Assembly: GCA_964016885.1 (NCBI GenBank)
Contig: OZ024746.1
Coordinates: 90,644,001-90,708,000, forward strand
Source: Eledone cirrhosa
Lineage: Eukaryota
Length of the DNA stretch: 64,000 nucleotides
Direction of reading: 5' to 3'
The notes beneath the pieces were generated by a model that made no database searches, was not told where the DNA came from, and saw nothing but the letters and a program-made list of their open reading frames with translations. The position numbers and the translations under genes are program-made. Below are positions 38,644 to 52,233 of this stretch, one piece after another. How positions within the stretch are numbered: the stretch's first letter is position 1; the number at the start of each line of letters is the position of its first letter.

Positions 38644-38829
38644 ATATATGAGAAAATCATCTTCCCCATGGTAATATCACTTCACACCACAACAGAGTAC
38701 AACTTCTTGTTTCCTTGAATATGGCAAAACTTCTCTCAATTCACTGGGACATACTTCACATACTTACCATTATTTGACCAACAAACTACTCACTCATCAA
38801 CTTCACATTTCATAACTACTTCTACTACT

Positions 38830-39169
38830 CAGAGGTATAACTAGAGGAAATAGCCCCTATGGCAAGCAGTGAAATTGTGACCCCTGTCCAGAGGCATAAC
38901 TAGGGAAAATAGCACCTATGGCAAGCAGTGAAATTGCACCCTTGTCCTGTATTTTTACCTAATAATTTATATAAATGGCTTAATGATCTAGCCACCATAG
39001 TGTTGTCACCCATGATAGAGACAGATCATACATCTGAAGGAGTTTCTTTTTTCACTCTCTGACAAGGCTTATTTGACTTTAATAGAACCTGCTCCTAGTC
39101 CAAGTGGCGCTTCCTTCATGTGGGGCCCATGGTTCATGCCATGCTTTCCATACCCTAGTTATGCCTCTG
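38830..39169. mobile_element. hAT-type MITE
   Basis: TIR CAGAGGTATAACTAG/CTAGTTATGCCTCTG; perfect 8-bp TSD CTACTACT (38822-38829 and 39170-39177). Confidence 0.9.
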
Positions 39170-39850
39170 CTACTACTACAAATGAATGAATCAACCAGGC
39201 AACAACTAAACCAAAACTCATAACACCTTCGCTAAAATCTAACTATAAAACAGACTCTTTGGAATGAGAGTTGAAATTAGAAGATGCCATGTAGATAATG
39301 AAATAATCTAAGATAAACCAGCTTGTTTCCCTTCAATTTGTATATATATGTGTGTGTGTGTGTGTGTTTTATATATTCACCCGCATACTTACACAGTGGT
39401 TCTCGGGTTAAGGTACTTTTCTGTGAAAAGTCATAAGTCCAAACTATCGCACTACCATTGTGTCATGCATAATATAGTAGTGAGGTATATAGGTATGATT
39501 TGACTTGCTTTAATCTACTTAAAATAGATGTCACTCCCAGTTTATAACAATTCATAAACAAATATCATAATATGAAATAGGAAGGATAGAAAAAACAAAT
39601 GCTACCAAGAGAAAAGATATTCAATGTCCAGAGCAGATTTCAAAGTCAGAGTACACTTTACAAAATGACAGCCAGAAATTCAATTTGAAATGTTTTAATT
39701 TTACATTATAGACTTCACCTTTTTTTTTTCAATTGAACTACTATTGCTGATATTGTTTTGATCTTAAAATATCAATTTAGACTCAGAATGGATTTCAACT
39801 TAAAACACAAAAGATTAAATAAAATAACCAAACTGATGTTCTTAAAACAA

Positions 39851-40698
39851 CCATAGCTGTACCATATTCCAACACTATAGTACCATATTCCAACACTATA
39901 ACTGTCATATTCCAACACTATAGCTGTACCATATTCCAACCCTATAGCTGTACCATATTCCAACACTATAGCTGTACTATATTCCAACACTATAGTACCA
40001 TATTCCAACACTATAGCTGTCATATTCCAACACTATAGCTCTACCATATTCTAACACTATAGCTGTACCATATTCCAACACTATAGCTGTACCATATTCC
40101 AACACTATAGCTGTACCATATTCCAACACTATAGCTGTCATATTCCAACACTATAGCTGTACTATATTCCAACACTATAGCTGTACCATATTCCAACACT
40201 ATAGCTGTCATATTCCAACACTATAGCTGTACTATATTCCAACACTATAGTACCATATTCCAACACTATAGCTGTCATATTCCAACACTATAGCTGTACC
40301 ATATTCCAACACTATAGCTGTACCATATTCTAACACTATAGCTGTACCATATTCCAACACTATAGCTGTACCATATTCCAACACTATAGCTGTACCATAT
40401 TCCAACACTATAGCTGTACCATATTCCAACACTATAGCTGTCATATTCCAACACTATAGCTGTACTATATTCCAACACTATAGTACCATATTCCAACACT
40501 ATAGCTGTCATATTCCAACACTATAGCTGTACCATATTCCAACACTATAGCTGTACCATATTCTAACACTATAGCTGTACCATATTCCAACACTATAGCT
40601 GTACCATATTCCAACACTATAGCTGTACCATATTCCAACACTATAGCTGTACCATATTCCAACACTATAACTCTACCATATTCCAACACTATAGCTGT
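39851..40698. repeat. 24-bp minisatellite (about 36 copies)
   Basis: Unit CCATATTCCAACACTATAGCTGTA with deletion variants. Confidence 0.95.
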
Positions 40699-40764
40699 GA
40701 GAAGTATCATCATCATCATCATCCAGTTTATTATTGTTATTATTAAGCAGGGCATTTCATAACA

Positions 40765-40943
40765 AAGTGGTTGATTCGCTAATATCAGTAGAGGGTCGGA
40801 CACCATGCTTTGCAGCGTAGAGTTACGGCCCATACGATATGATGGTTAAGTTTGCCTTTCATCCTTACAGGGTTGATAAAATAAAGTACCAGTAATGCAC
40901 AGAGATAATTGCTGGCCTTGTGCTAAAAGATGAAACAATTATT
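40765..40943 (+). mobile_element. Diverged SINE A
   Basis: Match to family A. Confidence 0.75.
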
Positions 40944-40974
40944 ATGCCGGGCACAATTCCTATGTAAAGGTGGG

Positions 40975-41305
40975 TCCTGTCTGACAGGGCTCCTTAGCAC
41001 CCCGCTCCATATGTTTCTGTCTGACAGGACTCCTTAGCACCCCGCTCCATATGTTTCTGTCTGACAGGACTCCTTAGCATCCCGCTCCATGTGTTCCTGT
41101 CTGACAGGACTCCTTAGCACCCCGCTCCATATGTTTCTGTCCGCTGGTCTCACTTTGGCCAGGCCAAGCCTAACTTGATCTCGACGGACATCTTCCATCC
41201 AAGTCCTTTTTGGTTTTCCTGGGTCTCTGCTGTTTGCTGGAACAACATTCATTACCTTGTTGATCCAGCACTCAGTATGGACAACATGGCCGTACCAGCG
41301 CATAC
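40975..41305 (-). mobile_element. RTE-like 3' fragment (third family) with a 40-bp unit repeated 4 times
   Basis: ORF 41034-41303(-) RWYGHVVH...PGKPKRTWMEDVRRD. Confidence 0.7.
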
Positions 41306-41549
41306 ATCACATGTGAAGAAGTGTAAATATTTATATTTATGCAAGTAGTTTACATGCAATGCTACATGTTCTAGTAAAATATTGTAGAAATAAAGTGTTT
41401 ATTTGACAGTTTATGATGCACTTAGTTATTTTCTTGTACTAAGAATAAGACATTCCACACAGAGTGCATAGCTCAGAGCTGGGGGGGGGGGGGGGGCTGG
41501 TACTTTGGTCTGGGGCCCAAGAGCTAAGAAGACTCCACAACAACCATGC

Positions 41550-42422
41550 TATCTACCAATATAATACAGCTGTTACTATAGTACAATACCACAGTCTACC
41601 AACTTCTATCTACCAGTATTTTACAGCTGGTACTATAGTACAATATCACAGTCTACCAACTATCTACCTGTATAATACAGCTGGTACTATAGTACAATAT
41701 CACAGTCTACCAACTATCTACCAGTATAATACAGCTGCTACTATAGTACAATATCACAGTCTACCAACTATCTACCAGTATAATACAGCTGGTACTATAG
41801 TACAATATCACAGTCTACCAACTATCTACCTGTATAATACAGCTGGTACTATAGTACAATATCACAGTCTACCAACTATCTACCAGTATAATACAGCTGC
41901 TACTATAGTACAATACTACAGTCTACCAACTTCTACCAATATAATACAGCTGTTACTATAGTACAATATCACAGTCTACCAACTATCTACCAGTATAATA
42001 CAGCTGGTACTATAGTACAATATCACAGTCTACCAACTATCTACCAGTATAATACAGCTGCTACTATAGTACAATACTACAGTCTACCAACTTCTACCAA
42101 TATAATACAGCTGTTGCTATAGTACAATATCACAGTCTACCAACTATCTACCAGTATAATACAGCTGCTACTATAGTACAATACTACAGTCTACCAACTT
42201 CTACCAGTATAATACAGCTGTTACTATAGTACAAAGTCTACCAACTTCTATCTACCAGTGATCTACCAGTATAATACAACTGCTACTATAGTACAATATC
42301 ACAGTCTACCAACTATCTACCAGTATATTACAGCTGGTACTATAGTACAATATCACAGTCTACCAACTATCTACCAGTATAATACAACTGCTACTATAGT
42401 ACAATATCACAGTCTACCAACT
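41550..42422. repeat. 54-bp minisatellite (about 16 copies)
   Basis: Unit ATCTACCAGTATAATACAGCTGGTACTATAGTACAATATCACAGTCTACCAACT. Confidence 0.95.
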
Positions 42423-42552
42423 TCCTATTGTTGTCTCTTATTTGTTTTTATATTGTTGTCTTTCTTATCTTTTTATATATATTTGTGCTGAACAAAAACA
42501 AGTTGAAAGAATAAATAAATAAAAAAGTAAGCCTCACTCAGGAATTATTAAT

Positions 42553-43001
42553 CATCATCATCATCATCACCATTTTACGTCCGTTCTTCCACGCTAGCAT
42601 GGGTTAGACGTGCTGTCTTGTTGTGGGCAGTGTCCGGTCGGCTGACCCTGTCTTGGTCATACAGGAACTGATTCTAGCTTGATTTCTACAGCTGGATGCC
42701 TTTCCTAACACCAACCTCACTTACAGTGAGTGCTGGGTGCTTTTTTTTTTCCATGGTGCCTACACGTCTACTTTACAGTGTGGGCTGGGTGCTTTTTTTG
42801 CTGTGGCACCTCCACGACCACTTTGCAATGGAATGATAGGGACCCCAGTCCTATCATCTCATTTCTACAGCTGAGTAAACTGGAGCAATGTGAAATAAAG
42901 TGTCTTGCTCAAGGAAACAACACATCACCCGGTCCAAGAATTGAACTCACAACCTTTTGATTGCAAACCCATTGCTCTAACCACTAAGCCATGTGCCTTC
43001 A
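42553..43001 (-). mobile_element. SINE family B with a longer RTE tail
   Basis: Family B head; tail matches about 58405-58665 through to its terminus. Confidence 0.85.
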
Positions 43002-43410
43002 TATTAATATTTTTATATATATTTTATTTTTACTGAATTTTATTTTACCCTCCCCCATCCACGGTCCCTGTCTGTATTGTCCCCTATATTTCGGCCCTTG
43101 TGGCCAATGAATGAAATCATTATCATCATTATTTAGTTCTGTATAAGCAAGGCATGGTCGCCTGACCTAGCATTGCCCACAACAGGACAACTTGTCTAAC
43201 CCATGCTAGCGTGGAAGAATGGATGTAAAACAGCGATGATTATTATCATTATTGAGAAATTTGTTGTTTGTTTTAAATGTCTATTTTCTGAGTCACTTTT
43301 ATAAATTTTATTTTACACAAAGAAAAACCCACACTGTATCATCCTGTACTGTCTTTAATGTTTCCTTAATGTGAGCCCTGTGTGGTTAATAAAGAAATTA
43401 TTATTATTAT

Positions 43411-44032
43411 ATTGGCAGTATCAGTAGAGCATCAGACATGCTTTGCAGCATATAGTTACGTCCCTTTACATACTGAGTTCAAATCCCGCCGAGGTTAGCT
43501 TTGCCTTTCATCCTTATGAAGTCGATAAAATAAAGTACCAGTAATACACTGGTGTCGATTTAATCAACTTTCCCCTCCCCCACAATTGATGGCCTTGTGC
43601 CTATATAAGAAACCATTGTTATTACAACTTTAAACGGTGGATTGGCAGTATCGGTAGAGGGTCGGACGCCATGCGTTGACGCATAGAGTTACGGCCCTTT
43701 ACGTTCTGAGTTCAAATCCCGCGAGGTTAACTTTGCCTTTCATCCTTACGGGGTCGATAAAATAATGTACCAGTAATGTACTGGGGGTAATTGCTGGCCT
43801 CGTGCCAAAAGTAGAAACAATTATTACAACTTTAACGGTGGATTGGCAGTATCGGTAAAGAGTCGGACGCCATGCTTTGACGCATAGAGTTACGGCCCTT
43901 TGCGTTCTGAGTGAAAATCTCGCTGAGGTTAACTTTGCCTTTCATCCTTACGGGGGTCGATAAAATGAAATACCAGTAATGCACTGGGAGTAATTGCTGG
44001 CCTTGTGCTACTAAAAGTAGAAAAAATTATTA
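43411..44032 (+). mobile_element. Three head-to-tail SINE A copies
   Basis: 43411-43622, 43635-43825 and 43836-44032, each followed by ATTACAACTTTAA. Confidence 0.9.
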
Positions 44033-44055
44033 CAACTTTAAACTACAATTTTAAC

Positions 44056-44179
44056 CATTCATTCTCCCACTGAGTCAGTCTTGCAGAAATGAAAGAAATC
44101 AATATATGATGATGAAGCAAGTGAAGTGGATCGAAAACATGTCTTAACAGGCATCATGCCAAGACAATAAAGCACTTAT
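44056..44179 (-). other. Candidate exon (acceptor well supported, donor weak)
   Basis: Long minus-strand pyrimidine tract ending CTACCAG| at 44180; no through-reading frame. Confidence 0.3.
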
Positions 44180-44366
44180 CTGGTAGATTGGAATTAAGGC
44201 AGAAGAGAGATGTAAATGATAAGAAACATACAGCATCACCTCCACCATTATCATTATCACTATTATTACAATTATTGTCATCATCATATTCCTCATCACC
44301 ATCATCACCATCATCACCACTACCATTAACATCACCATGATCATCACATCATCACCACTACCATTA

Positions 44367-44553
44367 TTGGATTGGCAGTATAGGTAGAGGGTCGGACGCC
44401 ATGCTTTGACGCATAGAGTTATGGCCCTTGCCATTCTGAGTTCAAATCGCACCGAGGTTAACTTTGTCTTTCATCCTTACGAGGTCAATAAAATAAAGTA
44501 CCAGTAATGTACTGGGTAATTTGCTGGCCTTGTGCCAAAAGTAGAAATAATTA
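44367..44553 (+). mobile_element. SINE A within a (CAT/CAC/TAT)n tract spanning 44235-44940
   Basis: Match to family A. Confidence 0.85.
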
Positions 44554-45125
44554 TTATCATCATCATCACCACTACCATTATCACCATCACTATTATTATC
44601 ATCACCACCACCACCACTAATATCATCATCACCACCACCATCATCACCACCATTATCACCATCACTATTATTATTATCACCACCACCACCACTAATATCA
44701 TCATCACCACCACCATTATCATCATCACTATTATTATCATCACCATCACCACCACTAATATCATCATCACCACCATTATCATCATCACTATTATTATCAT
44801 CACCACCACCACCACCATTATTATTATCACCATTATCATTATCACTATTATTATCAGCATCATCATCATCATCACCACCACCACAACCACCAGCATCATC
44901 ATCACTAATATTACAATTATCATCATCATCATCATCAGTAACAACAAAAACTGTGCTTTTAATAGACTTTTGCATATCAAATAGAAGTTGGCATTTGTGC
45001 TGGTGGCAATCTATGTAAAAAGTGACATGATCATACTGTGGTGAGAACATCATAGCTTTGCTGCCAACTTTCAAGGTAATTTTTATACAGGTGTGTGTCT
45101 ATACAGAAGTCCATGTGCATGCGTG

Positions 45126-45156
<31 letters not shown>

Positions 45157-45158
<2 letters not shown>

Positions 45159-45285
45159 TTAATATAGAAATGTCTTCTACAGGACTAGAACTGTTTCATT
45201 CGGAGGAAATCATCAGAAAGGCTTTCTGATGATTTCCTCCGAATGAAACAGTTCTAGTCCTGTAGAAGCCATTTCTATATTAAAT
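45157..45285. repeat. Fold-back palindrome, 64-bp arms, 1-nt spacer, with hammerhead core
   Basis: Centre 45221, one mismatch seen; CTGATGA 45226-45232, TTC..GAA stem II, GAAAC 45245-45249, GTC 45257-45259; stem I incomplete. Confidence 0.9.
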
Positions 45286-45351
45286 TACTTTTACTCTGCT
45301 ATGTATTGAGTACCTTACTTACTGTGGTTATCCCCGATTTAACCTGGGATC

Positions 45352-45394
<43 letters not shown>

Positions 45395-45434
45395 ATACAC
45401 ACACACACACAGATGCATGTATATATATATGCAT

Positions 45435-45478
<44 letters not shown>

Positions 45479-45591
45479 TGAGAGAGAGAGATGCATGTAT
45501 ATATATATATGCATATATATATATATATAGATGCATGTATATATATATGCATATATATATATATATATATATATAGATCCATGTATATATA

Positions 45592-45625
<34 letters not shown>

Positions 45626-45639
45626 TCCATGTATATATA

Positions 45640-45673
<34 letters not shown>

Positions 45674-45798
45674 TGCATGTATATATATATGCATATATAT
45701 ATATATAGATGCATATGTATATATATGCATATATATACATATGCATCTATATATATATAGAGGAGGTTATAGTTCACTTGAAGCATTGTGTCATGAAG

Positions 45799-46151
45799 TA
45801 TAAACGTTTATATATGTATAATAAAGCCAAAACAATGCAGGTATGGACATAGAATAAAGAATGCAAATGCAAAAGATATTGTTGACGATTAGTCTTTTAC
45901 CTTAGATTTATTTAAATGTCCTTAATTTTTTCAAGATAATATCTCTTCTTCAGAGGGAAGTAAAGCTGTCAAACCATTGTTCTAAATAGCTTGCCAAGTC
46001 TCTGAAGAAGAGATATCTCAAAAATTAAGGACATTTAAATAAATCTAAGGTAAAAGACTAATTGTCAACAATATCTTTTGCATTTGCATTCTTTATTCTA
46101 TGTCCATACCTGCATTGTTTTGGCTTTATTATACATATACAAACGTTTATA
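45799..46151. repeat. Fold-back inverted repeat, ~155-bp arms, 44-nt spacer, in (TA)n
   Basis: 45799-45955 versus 46000-46151 with a few indels; inner ends carry CTGAAGA..GAAA, a degenerate hammerhead core. Confidence 0.9.
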
Positions 46152-46205
46152 TACATATATATATATATGCATGTATATATATAGATGCATATATATACAT
46201 ATGCA

Positions 46206-46277
<72 letters not shown>

Positions 46278-46293
46278 TATATATACATATGCA

Positions 46294-46335
<42 letters not shown>

Positions 46336-46497
46336 AGCATCTATATATATATATATATATATATGCATGTATATATATACGTGCATCTATATCTATATAT
46401 ATATATATATATGCATATATATATACATGCATCTATATATATATATATATATATATATATGCATATATATATATACATGCATCTATATATACATGCA

Positions 46498-46531
<34 letters not shown>

Positions 46532-46587
46532 TATATATATATACATGCATCTATATATATATATATATGCATATATATATACATGCA

Positions 46588-46629
<42 letters not shown>

Positions 46630-46642
46630 CATATATATATAC

Positions 46643-48429
46643 ATGATAAGAAGGTAGCTTGGAAGTGTCACTACGAAAGGCTACTAAATGAGGAGAATAA
46701 ATGGGAGAAAGACAGTCTCCCCCGCATAGGTCCAATAGAGGGACCAGCAGTGCAAGTTGAAGGTAGTATAATAAGAAAGGCAATCAAAGATATGAAGACG
46801 GGTAAGGCGGCCGGGCCTTCGGAAATAGTTGCTGAAATGCTGAAAGCATCTGGAACGGTGGGACACACTATGGTCACCCGGATAGTAAACCCAGTCATAC
46901 AGAATGGGGCTGTTCCGAAGGACTGGCGTAGCAGCATCATCATTAACTGCTACAAGGGTAAAGGAGTTGCCCTAGATAGGGGTAACTATAGAGGCATTAA
47001 ATTAATCGACCAGGCCATGAAGGTCACAGAAAAAGTAATAGCGCAACTAATCAGAGAACGAATTGATCTAGATGAAATGCAGTTCGGGTTTGTGTAAAAG
47101 TACCACAGATGCTCTTTTCATTGTACGACAACTACAAGAGAAGTACCTAGCTAAAAGTAAACCCTTATACTTAGCTTTTGTTGACTTGGAGAAAGCCTTT
47201 GACAGAGTCCCCCACTCCATTATCTGGTGTTGATGAATGGCTTGTGAGAGCTATAGAAGCCATGTATAAAGAAACAGTCAGCAAGGTTAGAATTAACAAC
47301 GAATATAGTGAAGAGTTTAGCGTAAAAGTTGGTGTTCATCAGGGCTCCGTTCTTAGCCCCCTACTATTTATTATTGCCCTTCAGGCTGTAACAGAGGAGT
47401 TCAAGACCGTGGGAACTCCTATATGCAGATGATCTAACGCTCATAGTTGAATCAATGGCTGAACTAGAGAAGAAATTCCAAACATGGAAGCATGGCCTAG
47501 AACCAAAAGGCCTTAAAGTTAACTTGTCTAAGACTAAAGTTCTAGTTTGTAGGAAGTAAAATAGGGCACCGGTCCCATCTGGGAAATGGCCATGCTCAGT
47601 GTGTAGGAAAGGAGTAGGCAGAAACTCCATTTTATGTCCCAAATGCAAAGTATGGGTGCATAAAAGATGTAGTGGGATCACAGGTAAGCTAACTAAGAAT
47701 ATAGATTTTATATGTGGCCACTGCTCTGGTGCAATAAGTAGCAGCAAGTGCCCACAGAATACTAGCTCATTCCATTGCACAGATGGTACTATAGAAATAG
47801 TGGACACCTTCCGTTACCTGGGTGACAAAATCAGCAGTGGGGGAGGGTGCTCTGAAAGTACAGTAGCTAGAGTCAGAACGGGATGGAAAAAGTTCAGAGA
47901 GCTTATACCACTATTGGCCGCTAAAGCGTTCTCTCTAAAAATGAAAGGCAGGCTGTATGATGCCTGCATTCGAACAGCAATGTTACATGGCAGTGAGACC
48001 TGGGCATTGTGTGCAGAGGATATACGCAGACTGGAGAGAAACGAAGCCTGCATGCTCCGCTGGATGTGTAATAGTAATATACGTGAACGGCAAAGCATAA
48101 ACGAACTAAGGGAAAAATTAGGAATAAGAGGGATCAGATGTTGTTTACTCGAGAGAAGACTACGTTGGTATGGTCACGTGATGAGCATGAAAGACGACAG
48201 CTGTATAAAAAAGTGCAGGGCGATAAAAATAGACGGTAGCCACGGAGTAGGCAGACCTAGAAAAACCTGGGACGACTTGATAAATTCCGACCTCACACAC
48301 TTACACCTCTCCAAGACAATGTCACTGGACTGAGATCTTTGGCGCTACACAGTCATACAGAAGACCCACCTTGCCTAAGTACAAAGCAAAACCTACAGTC
48401 AGTAGGCACCTCTAACAAAATACACCCCC
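46643..48429 (+). mobile_element. RTE LINE, 5' truncated, RT with stops and frameshifts
   Basis: [45 protein letters not shown], Cys/His finger, FRYLG, HGSETW, RRLRWYGH. Confidence 0.95.
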
Positions 48430-48645
48430 CTATATATATAGAGATATGCATATACATACATGCATCTATGTATATATATATATGCATATATATATATACA
48501 TGCATCTATGTATATATATGCATATATATATATATATACATGCATATATATATACATGTATATATATATGCATGTGTATATATGCATGTATATATATATG
48601 CATATATATTCATATATATATATACATGCATATATATATATATAT

Positions 48646-48689
<44 letters not shown>

Positions 48690-48731
48690 TGGAAAACGAA
48701 TAATCGGTGATGCATCGGAGCACAATATATT

Positions 48732-48820
48732 ATATTACAAGTGTTTCTCCGGCGAACAGCTCAAGGTGCGATCTGTTTGTGGATTGAACCCGACTCTGGA
48801 TTCGCAAGTTCCTCAGATAC
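48732..48820 (-). ncRNA. Hammerhead-like motif with extended stem II in a (TA)n-flanked insert (about 48687-48852)
   Basis: GTAT-CTGAGGA-~60 nt region with GCGAA/TTCGC pairing-GAAAC-ACTT-GTA-ATAT. Confidence 0.5.
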
Positions 48821-48899
48821 GTCTAGTGATTTCGAAGCAGATCCTCTTTCTATATCCATATATATATATATATACACACATATATATATATATACACAC

Positions 48900-48930
<31 letters not shown>

Positions 48931-48961
48931 TATATATATATATACACACATATATATACAC

Positions 48962-49393
<432 letters not shown>

Positions 49394-49406
49394 GCATATA
49401 CATATA

Positions 49407-50012
49407 TGGCCACATGATGCGCATGAAAGACTACAGCTGCATAAAAAAGTGCAGGGCGATCAAAATTGAGGGAAGTTACGGAGTAGGTGGACCCAGAAAA
49501 ACCTGGGACGATCTGATAAATTCCGACCTTACACACTTACACCTCTCCAAGACAATGTCACTGGACCGAGATCTTTGGCGCTACGCAGTAATACAGAAGA
49601 CCCACCTTCCCTATGTACAAAGCGAAACCTACAGCCAGTAGGCACCTCTTAACCAAATATACACCCCAATCCACTACCGCTAACCTATCCTCCCATTCCC
49701 ACCAACACCACCCTCTCTCTGTAAAGTTGGTACCACAACATCCAGTCCAACTAAATGAGATCATGTAGGTGTCACGAGAAAAACACACAGTCCACGCTGT
49801 AATGTGGCCATGTAGGTAACACGGTAAAAAGTTCCCAGTGCCACACTGTAAATGTGGTTGGTGTTAGGAAGGGCATCCAGCCGTAAAAACCTGCCAGATA
49901 GTCCTATATGAGTGAGACATGGTCACCCGACCAACCTTGCCTCAAGTGGGACAACTCCCATCTAACCCATGCTAGTGTGAAAGATGGGCGTTAAACGAGG
50001 ATGATGATGATG

Positions 50013-50013
<1 letters not shown>
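49407..50013 (+). mobile_element. RTE LINE 3' end and UTR
   Basis: YGHMMRMKD...PRKTWDD; (GAT)n tail. Confidence 0.9.
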
Positions 50014-50600
<587 letters not shown>

Positions 50601-50779
50601 ATATTTTTTAGTTATATATAGATTTCGTGTATGAATATTATATAAGCAAATATGCTATGGCCACACTGTGATATATTAATGTATTAATATATATCTACAC
50701 CAGATTGCGTGTATATACTGCCAACTGGAAGTTTGCCAGATGTATATGTTTTCTGTGTGTCAGCTCATCCTTCTGTACA

Positions 50780-51400
50780 CATCCCCCTCTCTCTCGTCTC
50801 ACCCCTTTACCTCTCTCTCTCTCGTCTCACCTTTCTTACCTCCCTCTCTCTCTCTCTTCTCTCTCGGCTCACCCTTATTACCTCCCTCTCTCTCTCTCAT
50901 CTCACCCCTCTTACCTCTCTCTCTCTCTCGTCTCACCTTTCTTACCTCCCTCTCTTTCTCTCTCTCGTCTCACCCCTCTTACTTCTCTCTTTCTCTCTCT
51001 CGTCTCAACCTTCTTATCTCCCTCTCTTTCTCTCTTTTGTCTCACCCCTCTTACCGCTCTTTCGTCTCACCCTTCTTACCTCCCTCTCTTTCTCTCTCTC
51101 GGCTCATCCTTCTGTACTTCCCTCTCTCGGCTCATCCTTCTGTACTCCCCTCTCTCTCTCATCTTATCCCTCTTACCTCTCTCTCTTTCACTCGTCTCAC
51201 CTATGTTACCCCCTCCCCCCCCCCATCTGTACCTCTCTCTCTTCCCTTCTGTATCTCTGTCTCTCTCTCTTCCCTATCTCTAACTTCAAACACAATCTCC
51301 CTCACTATTCTTTCATGTATTTCTTTATTTCCCTTCATATTATCTTTTTCTTCTCTCTCTCTCTCATCTCCCCATCTTCTCTCTCTCTCTCTTATCTCCT
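50780..51400. repeat. CT-rich polypyrimidine repeat
   Basis: Recurring CTCTCGTCTCACCY.TCTTACCTC. Confidence 0.9.
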
Positions 51401-51784
51401 CAATATCTGTCCCGCTCCTTCTCCCCACCAGGAAGTAAGTTGATAAATATCAAACAGTGTTGTTCTACCCCAAATGATCAAACACCCAAATGACAACAAT
51501 ACCCCCTCACCCTCTACTTCCCTCCGCTCCACTACCCTCCTCACAACCACCACACCCATGCCTGGCATTCCTTTTATTTTGTTTTCTAATGAATTTACTT
51601 CTAACTCTAGATACCTTTTTTGCCTTTTAAATATCCTCCCTTTTCATCTTTCCCATAAAGCATCCCTGTTTTTATCTTCTTTTTGGGAGGGTGGGGCCGG
51701 AGATTGCTTCTACAATAGCCAACTTTTACTACTTCTTCCTCTATCATCTATGCACTCACACATACACACATTGTAACTTTCTCT

Positions 51785-51844
<60 letters not shown>

Positions 51845-52064
51845 TATACACACACACAAGCACATATATATCAAAGGTATATAATGAGTTAGGAACTCAG
51901 AGTAGCCTCTTAAAATTAAGATAGTTCAAGTAAAAAATGTTTCCCAGCAATGCAATATAATTCACTATAATAAAAAGAGATAAAAATAGATTTATACAAA
52001 TCTGCGTTTAAAATTATAAGGGACCAAATTCACTAGGGTGAATAGGATATAAAATATATATATA

Positions 52065-52106
<42 letters not shown>

Positions 52107-52188
52107 ATATATATATATAATATCTATATGTGTATGTATATATATATATGTGTATGTATATATAATATATATATATATATATATAATA

Positions 52189-52233
<45 letters not shown>

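Noticed and set aside
44965-45080. Plus-strand AG...GT bounded segment
   Set aside because: Stops in all frames and no supporting neighbouring plus-strand exons; not called.
46643-48429. Possibly active autonomous LINE
   Set aside because: No endonuclease domain, and several stops and frameshifts.
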